The position numbers and the translations under genes were made by a program. A stretch of DNA of 21,838 bases from assembly GCA_043750125.1 (NCBI GenBank), contig JAYVCD010000389.1, positions 1-21,838 of the forward strand. The letters run 5' to 3'. How positions within the stretch are numbered: position 1 is the first letter of the stretch; each line of letters starts with the position of its first letter. Source of the stretch: Archangiaceae bacterium (GTDB lineage Bacteria > Myxococcota > Myxococcia > Myxococcales > Myxococcaceae). The notes beneath the pieces are model-generated. The model was given only the letters and a program-made list of their open reading frames with translations, was not told the origin of the DNA and ran no database searches. This document shows, piece after piece, positions 1-7,114 of this stretch.

Positions 1-12
1 CTTGTCACTCAT
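1..12 (-). CDS. 5' end (MSDK...) of probable SctU/FlhB export switch protein, truncated by window edge
   Basis: Reverse complement of 1-12 is ATGAGTGACAAG. The ATG overlaps the sctT stop (ATGA). MS(D/E)K resembles the start of FlhB/SctU proteins, and this position follows fliR/sctT. Only 4 codons are visible. Confidence 0.55.
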
Positions 13-797
13 CGCGCCCGCCCGATGAAGGAAGTGAGATCCAGTGCGACCCCGTGCGAGAGCAGGCGTTCCATCACCACTCCAATCCCCAGCCACGTCA
101 CGGCGCCGCCGGCCAGGATGCGCAGCGGCGCCCCGGTGTCTTGAAGGTTCATCGCCGGCGAGCCGCGAGAGATCAGCCCAAGCAGACAATCGACGGCCAG
201 CGAGGCCGCGGCCACCGGAGCGCCGACCGCGAGACCCACCGCGAAGGCCGTCCCAACCAGGGCCGCGATCTGCAACACGACCGATTCACCCGAGACGTAC
301 GCACCCAGGGGAACGAGCGCAAAGCTCTTGAAGATCGCGCTCAGGATGAGGGGCATCACGGTTCCGCCCGCGGCCATGGCGATCAGCAATTGGTAGAGCA
401 CATCGCCGGTCGCAGATTCCTTGCTGTTCGCCCAGGGCAGCGCGGCTTCCGCTGAGCTGCCGCGGAAGAGATCGATGAATCGGCCGCCGATGCGAGCGGC
501 ATCGAAGGGAAGGGCCGAGATCAAACCCAGGGCGAGGCCGAACGTGACTTCTTTTCCAGCCCGCTGAGCAAACGTCAGCACGTCGGGTACGGGGCCTTCG
601 CCGCCGACGCCCGCCGAAAAATGAAGGAAGCCCGCCAGCGCCAACACCAGGGAAAGTTTGACGAAGGTGGGCGCCGACGACCCGCCCAGCAGGGGGCAAC
701 AGAAGGCGATCGGCAACAAGCGCGCGCTGCACAACGCAATCGCGACCAGGTGCGGCGCGAACGCTTTCAAATCGCCGTCAAAGTTGATCGGGTTCAT
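9..797 (-). CDS. sctT: Type III secretion export apparatus protein SctT (FliR/EscT/YscT family), ~262 aa
   Basis: Hydrophobic multi-TM protein with ARLLPIAFCCPLLG, KEVTFGLALG, GRFIDLFRG, KSFALVPLG and LLGLISRGSPAMN segments typical of FliR/SctT. Start moved to ATG 797, which overlaps the sctS stop (ATGA). Confidence 0.9.
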   Translation of the reverse strand: MNPINFDGDLKAFAPHLVAIALCSARLLPIAFCCPLLGGSSAPTFVKLSLVLALAGFLHFSAGVGGEGPVPDVLTFAQRAGKEVTFGLALGLISALPFDAARIGGRFIDLFRGSSAEAALPWANSKESATGDVLYQLLIAMAAGGTVMPLILSAIFKSFALVPLGAYVSGESVVLQIAALVGTAFAVGLAVGAPVAAASLAVDCLLGLISRGSPAMNLQDTGAPLRILAGGAVTWLGIGVVMERLLSHGVALDLTSFIGRAR

Positions 798-1063
798 GAG
801 ACCACGCTGGGCAACGCCATCAACAGTTGGGTCGTGAACCGGGTCAACTGGTCCGCGATCCATGGGCCCGCAATCACCAACCCCAGCACCGAGGCGCACA
901 GCTTCGGCACCACCGACAACGTGCTTTCCTGGATCTGGGTGGTGGCCTGAAACAGGCTCATCACGAAGCCGACCGCCAAGCTCGACAGAATCGGGGGCAA
1001 CGAAGCCAGCACCATCAGCAGCAGCGCTTCGCGACCCAGGCTCAGCAGAATCTCTTGACCCAT
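794..1063 (-). CDS. sctS: Type III secretion export apparatus protein SctS (FliQ/EscS family), 89 aa
   Basis: Signature SLFQATTQIQESTLSVVPKL, size, and position between sctR and sctT. Confidence 0.95.
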   Translation of the reverse strand: MGQEILLSLGREALLLMVLASLPPILSSLAVGFVMSLFQATTQIQESTLSVVPKLCASVLGLVIAGPWIADQLTRFTTQLLMALPSVVS

Positions 1064-1786
1064 CTATCGGTAGCCGAGGATCAGACCGCGAGAGAGCAGC
1101 GCCCAGCCGTCGACGGCAACGAAGAGCAGAATCTTGAACGGCATGCTCACCTGGCTCGGTGAGAGCGTTTGCATTCCGAGCGCGAGCAGGACGTTCGCGA
1201 CCAGCATGTCGAGCACCAGAAACGGCAAGAAGATCAAAAAACCGATGATGAAGGCTTCTTTGAGCTCGGTGAGCACGAACGCGGGGATGATCACTGTCAA
1301 ATCTTCTTCGGACACCGACTGGGCGTCCGACTCGGGCCGAAGCTCGCGGGCCATGTCGGCGAACCGGACCCGCTCATCGGGGTTCCCGTGCTTGATCAGG
1401 AATTCGCGCATCGGCAGCGCCACGGTGCTCGCCGATGAGATCAATTCTTTCGTGGTCGCGCTTTCGCTGTAGGCGTCTTTTCCCGCTGCGTACATCCGTT
1501 CCATCACCGGGGCCATGATGTGGGCGCTGAGCACCGCGGCGAGCCCGGTCAGCACCATTGTCGGCGGCGCCTGCTGCGTGCCCAGTGCTGAGCGCGCAAT
1601 CGAGAGCACCACCACAATCTTCGAGAAGCTGGTGAGCATCACGATCGCGAACGGAATCAGGGCCATCAACGCCAGCAGGCCCATCATCGGAAGGGGCGAG
1701 CTGGCCATCGACATCGGCTCGACTTCCACCGCCTTCGCAAGCGCCACCGAAGGGCCCAGAACGCCCATGATGCCCAGGGCTTTCAT
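1064..1786 (-). CDS. sctR: Type III secretion export apparatus protein SctR (FliP/EscR family), 240 aa
   Basis: Motifs TSFSKIVVVLSIARSALGTQQAPP, PAFVLTELKEAFIIGFLIFLPFLVLDMLVANVLLALGM and PFKILLFVAVDGW. ATG overlaps the upstream stop. Confidence 0.96.
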   Translation of the reverse strand: MKALGIMGVLGPSVALAKAVEVEPMSMASSPLPMMGLLALMALIPFAIVMLTSFSKIVVVLSIARSALGTQQAPPTMVLTGLAAVLSAHIMAPVMERMYAAGKDAYSESATTKELISSASTVALPMREFLIKHGNPDERVRFADMARELRPESDAQSVSEEDLTVIIPAFVLTELKEAFIIGFLIFLPFLVLDMLVANVLLALGMQTLSPSQVSMPFKILLFVAVDGWALLSRGLILGYR

Positions 1787-2196
1787 CGATCACCTTCCGG
1801 GACGAACTTTGGCAGGCTGTCGGTCACCCTCTGAGCCCGGCCTGACTTCTTGTCCTGCGGTGCGGAGATCACCGCATAGCCCTCGCCATGGACCACCAGA
1901 AACGAAGTGCCGTCGATGTCGACCAGCGCCAGCCCGGTCTTCGGAGCCAAACCCTCGCGGCAGACGACCGACATTCGCGGCGCGATCTGAAACCGGGCCA
2001 CCGCGGACCCCTTCTGCGTGCGCAACCACCAGAATCCGAGGCCGGCGAACGCGGCCACGGTGAGTGCCGCGCGGGCCACCGCCGCTGCAGAAATGCCGTG
2101 CGTGGTGGCGATCGCCAGCAGGCAGGCCAGCGCGATGCAGGCGAGGAGCAACTTCTTCCTCGGGCTCATTTTCGTCTCTGCCCCAAAGGCGCTCAT
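1783..2196 (-). CDS. fliO: FliO-like membrane protein, 137 aa
   Basis: N-terminal TM segments, then MSVVCREGLAPKTGLALVDIDGTSFLVVHGE, resembling the FliO cytoplasmic beta domain (l.vle...Lg.k..l.lv.v.g..fLvg). Occupies the fliN-fliO-fliP position, with ATGA overlaps on both sides. Confidence 0.7.
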   Translation of the reverse strand: MSAFGAETKMSPRKKLLLACIALACLLAIATTHGISAAAVARAALTVAAFAGLGFWWLRTQKGSAVARFQIAPRMSVVCREGLAPKTGLALVDIDGTSFLVVHGEGYAVISAPQDKKSGRAQRVTDSLPKFVPEGDR

Positions 2197-2432
2197 TTCA
2201 GGAGCCCAATGATCCGAGCGCCAATCTCGCCCTCGATGTCCACCAGCTCGGCGCGCGCCACCGCGCGATCACCGACGCGGAGCGTCACCGGTTCGGTCGC
2301 TCCAATGCGCAGTGACAGAACCGCGCCGGGACGCAGGGTCGCCAGCTCGCTCACACTGATGCGCAGCCGGGTGAGCTCGACTTCGACCTCGACCGGAAGG
2401 GAAGGGAAGCTGGCGTCGTCTTTGAGTTTCAT
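2193..2432 (-). CDS. Putative internally initiated SctQ C-terminal product (FliN-like SPOA2, 79 aa)
   Basis: In-frame ATG at 2432 preceded by AGGAG (2439-2443) with a 6-nt spacer, just before the last SPOA domain. Confidence 0.55.
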   Translation of the reverse strand: MKLKDDASFPSLPVEVEVELTRLRISVSELATLRPGAVLSLRIGATEPVTLRVGDRAVARAELVDIEGEIGARIIGLLK

Positions 2433-3371
2433 TTTCGGCTCCTGGGGAAGAGAGGTGGCTTCGGTTTCTGCGCGGGTCAGGGTGAAGCCCTGAGGCGAAA
2501 AGTGGCCATGCAGCTCGAAGGTAGACGTCACCAGCCGGGCGGGGCCGGACAGCGGGCCAGCGCCGGCTGCGACCGCGCCGAGCATCACTACGTCGCCCAA
2601 TTGCAGATGTGACAGGTCGCCGGCATCGAGCACGCACCGGCCGAAGAACGTGCGCATCGTGATTCTTGCCGCCAAAATTTCGGGGGCAATCTCCGTCGGC
2701 AGGTGTTCTTCGAGTGAAGCGATGGCGCTGTCACACCCAGGCGCCGGGAGCAACAGTCGGGCAGTTCCGAGGCTCTCGCCCACCTGCACCGTCAGCTCGA
2801 CCGCAACGTGGCGCACCCGGCAGTCGACGCGCTCGAGAATTTCGCCTCGCTCGATGTACACCGCGAGCAGCCGGGGCCCAAAGTGCTTGTGCAACAGCTC
2901 GACCTTGCGAATGCACGCCAGGCTCAGCAAACACAGCCAACCCAAAGCCGCCTCTTCGACCTGGGTCAGGCGGGTGGGAACCGACGTCCGCGCAGGGCTT
3001 CCCGCAACTTTTGCCAGCAGGACGTTGAGCGTGAGCAGGTCGAGCTCGACGACTGCCAGCTGCCCGAGCGTTCCCAGCTCGATCAACGCGAAGGCAGAGA
3101 AGCGCGACAGCCCTCCAAACGGATTGATCGCCGCGTCAACCACCCGGGCCTGCACCCGGACTTCCGCGCCCAACGACAAGGTCAGCTGTGCCGCGATCTT
3201 CGCCAGGGCGTCCTGACCTGCCTGCCCGACCGAAGGGCGGCGTGCGAGGTTCAGATGCGCCCGGGTCAAGCGACGGGCGGTGTTGCGCTTGAACAGCGAA
3301 ATTCGGCGCGTCGATGTGACGCGTTTGCTGTTCTGGCTCGATTGGGTGGTGACCGTCTGCGCTTCGAACAT
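2193..3371 (-). CDS. sctQ: Cytoplasmic ring / sorting platform protein SctQ (FliM/FliN SPOA domains), ~392 aa
   Basis: Two SPOA-like regions (FGRCVLDAGDLSHLQLGDVVML; VEVELTRLRISVSELATLRPGAVLSL...VARAELVDIEGEIGARI) and a FliM-middle-like segment (RLTQVEEAAL). ATG 3371 preferred over 3443; the start is uncertain. Confidence 0.88.
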   Translation of the reverse strand: MFEAQTVTTQSSQNSKRVTSTRRISLFKRNTARRLTRAHLNLARRPSVGQAGQDALAKIAAQLTLSLGAEVRVQARVVDAAINPFGGLSRFSAFALIELGTLGQLAVVELDLLTLNVLLAKVAGSPARTSVPTRLTQVEEAALGWLCLLSLACIRKVELLHKHFGPRLLAVYIERGEILERVDCRVRHVAVELTVQVGESLGTARLLLPAPGCDSAIASLEEHLPTEIAPEILAARITMRTFFGRCVLDAGDLSHLQLGDVVMLGAVAAGAGPLSGPARLVTSTFELHGHFSPQGFTLTRAETEATSLPQEPKMKLKDDASFPSLPVEVEVELTRLRISVSELATLRPGAVLSLRIGATEPVTLRVGDRAVARAELVDIEGEIGARIIGLLK

Positions 3372-3379
3372 GCCTGGCT

Positions 3380-3406
3380 CCACTTCACGGGGCTTGCCAG
3401 ACTCAA
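3380..3406 (-). promoter_or_regulatory. Sigma54-like (-24/-12) promoter motif upstream of sctQ
   Basis: Minus strand TTGAGTCTGGCAAGCCCCGTGAAGTGG: TGGCAAG-N4-GTGA, i.e. GG-N10-GA. 21/27 identical to the motif at 5798-5824. Confidence 0.5.
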
Positions 3407-3456
3407 CCCCGGGCAACGATGGACAACCCGCCCCACGAGGCATCCGCTCTTACGGA

Positions 3457-3909
3457 CTACCGGGTGGCTTCGCGGATGAGGCGCTGGGCGAGCTCTTCCA
3501 TCGCCGGGGCCACGGTGAGCTCGCTGCGCAATTCGAGGCTCGGGAAGAGCGAACGCTGCCAGGGGGCCAATCGGCGGTAGATCGCCAGTCGCATCGTAGG
3601 GCTGGCTGCGAACAGCAGGTCCTTGAGCCTGTTCGCCGCGTCGGGCTGGACGCCAAACGCGACGGCCATGCGGCCCTGGCGGGTTGCAGAGTCCCAGCTG
3701 CGGGCATCGACGGCGCAGGCCGTCGCGCGCTTGAGCGACCCGCCGCTCAAACCTGAAAGGAGCTCGGCCGAGTTGACCCGATCGACTCCGCTGACGAACA
3801 ACGCGAGCCGTTCGGCGAACCCTCGCGAGGCCGAATCAGCCCACGCAGGCCTGGGGCTTCGAATGACGAACGTCGGCTCGGGGTGGGTCGGCTCGTTGTC
3901 GCGGGCCAT
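3457..3909 (-). CDS. Hypothetical T3SS protein at the sctK/fliG position, with a FliG armadillo-motif-like segment, 150 aa
   Basis: Directly downstream of sctJ in the operon. LALFVSGVDRVNSAELLSGLS resembles the FliG ARM pattern (IALILSYLD...AA.IL..LP). Confidence 0.55.
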   Translation of the reverse strand: MARDNEPTHPEPTFVIRSPRPAWADSASRGFAERLALFVSGVDRVNSAELLSGLSGGSLKRATACAVDARSWDSATRQGRMAVAFGVQPDAANRLKDLLFAASPTMRLAIYRRLAPWQRSLFPSLELRSELTVAPAMEELAQRLIREATR

Positions 3910-3917
3910 GACGGCTT

Positions 3918-4745
3918 TTACGCCACCCGGCGCTGCACGCTGGGATTCACCACCAGCCGCTGCGGCGTGGTGATGGCCTTCGGGGTGAGCACCGGAAGCG
4001 TGGGAACTGTCGGCTCGGTGAGTCCGGTCGGCCGCGCAGGCTTGCGCCGCAGCTTCAGACCCATCACCACCAGCGCAGTGGCGAGGGCACTGAGCGACAA
4101 GCCCATCGCGACCACCACCACCCGAAGCTTGTCGCCCGTGGCCGCCAGGACCACCGGGGCGCTCACCTGGGTCGTGACGGGGTCAATCAGCACCACCACA
4201 TCGTCGGCCTTCAGCCCTTCGACCGAGGCCGCAATCAACGCGCGGATGGCACCGGTCTGTTGCTGAAGCCGCTCGAGAGCGACCGGATGAGCGCGAATCA
4301 ACGCCGAGGCTTTGGATGGCAGCAGCGCTTGACCCGGACGGCTGGGCGCGGGGACCGCCAGCTCGATTCCCGCCGATGCGACCCCGTCCATTCCTTCGAT
4401 CATCTGCTCGATGTCCCCCTCGAGCGCTTCCATCTGGCGCAGCCTTTCGGCGCTCGGGGTCTCGATCAACGCGGTTTGCGACGTGACTTCACGGGTGGTG
4501 GTCCGCGGGGGCCTCGGCAATTTCAGCTCGGTCAGAACCCGCAGAGCGTCGGTGGCGTGATCCTCATCCAGCTCGATGGCCCAGGTGGGCTTCTTGCTTT
4601 TTTCCAGCACCTTCCTCGCATCGAAGCCGCGGCTGACCAGCGCCGAGATGGCTTCATTGGCATCGCGCTCGTCGAGCCCATGTTGAATCTGAGACCGGCA
4701 ACCACTGGCGAAGAGAACGAGGACGGCGATTGCGCAACGGTTCAT
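3918..4745 (-). CDS. sctJ: Inner-membrane ring lipoprotein SctJ (YscJ/EscJ/PrgK family), ~275 aa
   Basis: Lipoprotein signal MNRCAIAVLVLFASG-C; IQHGLDERDANEAISAL, ETPSAERLR, LEGDIEQMIEGMDGV, SKASALI and LIAASVEGLKADDVVV; C-terminal TM followed by KLRRK. GAGG RBS before ATG 4745. Confidence 0.92.
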   Translation of the reverse strand: MNRCAIAVLVLFASGCRSQIQHGLDERDANEAISALVSRGFDARKVLEKSKKPTWAIELDEDHATDALRVLTELKLPRPPRTTTREVTSQTALIETPSAERLRQMEALEGDIEQMIEGMDGVASAGIELAVPAPSRPGQALLPSKASALIRAHPVALERLQQQTGAIRALIAASVEGLKADDVVVLIDPVTTQVSAPVVLAATGDKLRVVVVAMGLSLSALATALVVMGLKLRRKPARPTGLTEPTVPTLPVLTPKAITTPQRLVVNPSVQRRVA

Positions 4746-4762
4746 TGAAGGCCTCTGGAGGA

Positions 4763-5236
4763 TCAAATCTGGGTCTGGAGGATCTGCTTCACGCCGCCGG
4801 TCGCCTTCTCGATCACCTTTCCGGCCAGGTCGAGCTCCTGGCTCGCGCGGTACATCTGCGACTGCAGTGAAAGAAGCTCACCCGGCGTAAACGACTTTCC
4901 CGATTGAGCCAGCTGCAGCACCGATTCCATGCGCTTCTGCGCCGCCGCCACCTGGTCGATCATCTGCGTCGGCTCGAGCGCTTTGAGCGGCTGGCTCACC
5001 TGCAGTGCCCCCGCCCCGTGCACTCGGGACTGGCCCGCGGCCGCCCTCGTCTTTGCGTCGGCCCGTTGCGAAGTCTGGACCTTGAGCACTGCCCGCTCGC
5101 CCCGGGGCTGGGCCACCGGCGGCCCCTGCGTCGAGGCTTTGAACGTCTTGCTGAACTGCGGCGGGCCTGACTTCTGCGAAGGGCCGGACCCGCTGATGCC
5201 TCTGAAGCTCGCCGCGCCTATGCCCTGGATGGCCAT
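4763..5236 (-). CDS. Putative T3SS inner rod / needle adaptor (SctI, YscI/PrgJ/HrpB2-like), 157 aa
   Basis: C-terminus FTPGELLSLQSQMYRASQELDLAGKVIEKATGGVKQILQTQI fits the SctI pattern (P..LL..Q........eL..K...K....v..L...Q). Lies immediately upstream of sctJ. Confidence 0.7.
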   Translation of the reverse strand: MAIQGIGAASFRGISGSGPSQKSGPPQFSKTFKASTQGPPVAQPRGERAVLKVQTSQRADAKTRAAAGQSRVHGAGALQVSQPLKALEPTQMIDQVAAAQKRMESVLQLAQSGKSFTPGELLSLQSQMYRASQELDLAGKVIEKATGGVKQILQTQI

Positions 5237-5246
5237 GGTGGGCCCT

Positions 5247-5762
5247 TCAGCGGATGTTGTTGATGGCGGCCTTCGCCGAGTCGTGACGCAGCTTCAAGAT
5301 GTTGGTGAGGGTGTTGTACTCACGGCTCTCGGTCTGCATCTGCATCTGCACCATCATCGAGCGGTCGGCCTCGGCCCGCATTCCCGACAGCATGTCGGTC
5401 ATTCCCGCCGGCTCGACGCCCGAGGTTGCTGCGGACCCGCCCATTGACCCGCCGGCGACCGTACTGCCGACCGCCATGCCCCCCGCTGCGCTACCCGACC
5501 CATGGCTCGAAGATCCGCCGGTGAGGTTGAGCAGTCCACTGGCGGCTGAGCTGCTGCGAACGGACGAAGGGCTGTTGACCAGTGAAGAGACCGCGGACAC
5601 TGCGCTGCTGATGATCGGCATTCCGGTCAGCCCGCCGACCACCGACCCCGCGCGCAGAACCCCGCTCAGCGAGTTGTTGAGCACCTGGCCGAAGTCGTTC
5701 TTCGGAGTCTGACGCGCGAGCGTCGGGGTGATGGAAATGCGGGCGAGGTGGGTGTTGTCCAT
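5247..5762 (-). CDS. Putative T3SS needle/filament subunit (SctF-like C-terminus) with Ser/Gly-rich extension, ~171 aa
   Basis: C-terminus MVQMQMQTESREYNTLTNILKLRHDSAKAAINNIR resembles needle-protein C-terminal helices (PrgI ends ...SNTVKVFKDIDAAIIQNFR). First gene of the F-I-J-K order. GGAG RBS 7 nt before ATG 5762. Confidence 0.6.
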   Translation of the reverse strand: MDNTHLARISITPTLARQTPKNDFGQVLNNSLSGVLRAGSVVGGLTGMPIISSAVSAVSSLVNSPSSVRSSSAASGLLNLTGGSSSHGSGSAAGGMAVGSTVAGGSMGGSAATSGVEPAGMTDMLSGMRAEADRSMMVQMQMQTESREYNTLTNILKLRHDSAKAAINNIR

Positions 5763-5797
5763 TTGCGGGCTCCGGTGAAGTGGGTTGTGGCAGGGAC

Positions 5798-5824
5798 CCA
5801 TTTCAGGAGGCGTGCCGCACTCAA
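5798..5824 (-). promoter_or_regulatory. Sigma54-like (-24/-12) promoter motif upstream of the T3SS operon
   Basis: Minus strand TTGAGTGCGGCACGCCTCCTGAAATGG: CGGCACG-N4-CTGA, i.e. GG-N10-GA. Lies in the 100-bp intergenic gap and is repeated at 3380-3406. Confidence 0.55.
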
Positions 5825-5862
5825 GCGGCCGAGAACACGGCAACTGGCGAGGCGGGGGAGTC

Positions 5863-7101
5863 TCAGGGGGGAGATGGACGGGGCGGCGAATTCGGATCGA
5901 AGAAGTCGATCAACCCTTCGCGCTGGGCGTGAGCGTCTTCCATCGCCAGGTCGATCAACGCCCGCGCGTAGTCCCCATCGAACAGCAGGTAGCTGGCCAG
6001 ATCGGCCGACGAGAACAGCTGGCTGCGGGTCAGCCGCTGCAACATCCGGGTGGGAAAGCCCGACTTGTCGTTCACCAGGTTCTTGGCTTTGGCCTGTACC
6101 GCAGCCAGCTCGCCGAGATCTTTCGAAGGTCGAATCACCAGGTCTTTCACCCGCCGGTAGGGCTGGCCACGCATCTGGCTGACGGTCTGGTTCATCTTGG
6201 GCAAGAATTCGGGGCCGAAGGTCTGCGCGCCAGTGTCGAGAATCGCGTTGAACCGCCGCATTCGATCGAGGTCGTACTCGGTGTGATCGAGCATCAGGGC
6301 ATTGAGTACTTTGCCCATCAGCACCGGAGTCGAAGGGTAGCTGGTCATCGGCGCAGGCGCAGCCATCGGGCCCGGCGCGCGGTACCGCAGCGATAAGATC
6401 AGCACCCTTTCGGCCCCCAGGCGCAGCGCAGGCGACAGCGGGGTGTTCTGCCGGACGCTGCCGTCGCAGAAGTACTCCTCGCCGATCTTCACCGCCTTGA
6501 AGAGCATCGGAATCGCGGCAGAGGCCAGCGCATGCTCGGGGCCCAGGACCGCCTCTCGGGCCTCGGTGAAGGGGTCGCGGCTCCAGGGAGGCACGCCTCC
6601 TTCCTTCCGCTGCACGAAGACGACGGTCTTCCCATCGACAATGCGGGTGGTCGAGACCGACAGCGCGCTGAAGTTTCCGCGCGCGAGGTTGGCCGAGATG
6701 CGCGGCCAGGAAATCTGGGTGCGCACCATCTCTTCCAGCGGCGCCAGGTGCAGCAGGTCGTAGATTCTCCAACCGTCCGGGCGATCTTCTTCGCGCGCCA
6801 GGTTCCAGATTTTCCGGGTGATGGTCCACAGGTCTTCCCCGTCGACCCGGTAGACCTTCTCGAGCTGAAGCCCGGTCCAGAACGACGAGAGGATTTTCCC
6901 CTGCTCGCTGGGGATCTCGGCGCTGGCAGCCAGAAAGCAATTGGTGATCGCTCCGACCGAGGTGCCGCACAGCACGTCGAAATGAACGTGGGGCCGCACC
7001 GACGCGGGCAGCTCTTCGCGCAGGTACCGAATGATCCCGGCCTCGTAGGCGCCGCGGGCACCTCCGCCAGAGCAGACCAACGCAGTCGTAGGAGCGGGCA
7101 C
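5863..7101 (-). CDS. Patatin-like phospholipase family protein, 412 aa
   Basis: Oxyanion motif SGGGARG, nucleophile elbow GTSVG (GxSxG), ASAAIP and catalytic DGS. Confidence 0.92.
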   Translation of the reverse strand: MPAPTTALVCSGGGARGAYEAGIIRYLREELPASVRPHVHFDVLCGTSVGAITNCFLAASAEIPSEQGKILSSFWTGLQLEKVYRVDGEDLWTITRKIWNLAREEDRPDGWRIYDLLHLAPLEEMVRTQISWPRISANLARGNFSALSVSTTRIVDGKTVVFVQRKEGGVPPWSRDPFTEAREAVLGPEHALASAAIPMLFKAVKIGEEYFCDGSVRQNTPLSPALRLGAERVLILSLRYRAPGPMAAPAPMTSYPSTPVLMGKVLNALMLDHTEYDLDRMRRFNAILDTGAQTFGPEFLPKMNQTVSQMRGQPYRRVKDLVIRPSKDLGELAAVQAKAKNLVNDKSGFPTRMLQRLTRSQLFSSADLASYLLFDGDYARALIDLAMEDAHAQREGLIDFFDPNSPPRPSPP

Positions 7102-7114
7102 CGGCCGTCTTTAA

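Noticed and set aside
798-899. Track N-terminal extension of sctT
   Set aside because: Overlaps sctS coding sequence; ATG 797 gives ATGA coupling and a typical length.
1-5762. Interpretation as a flagellar operon
   Set aside because: The ring protein is a short lipoprotein of SctJ type, not FliF, and no rod/hook, flagellin, FliE or Mot genes are seen in the window.
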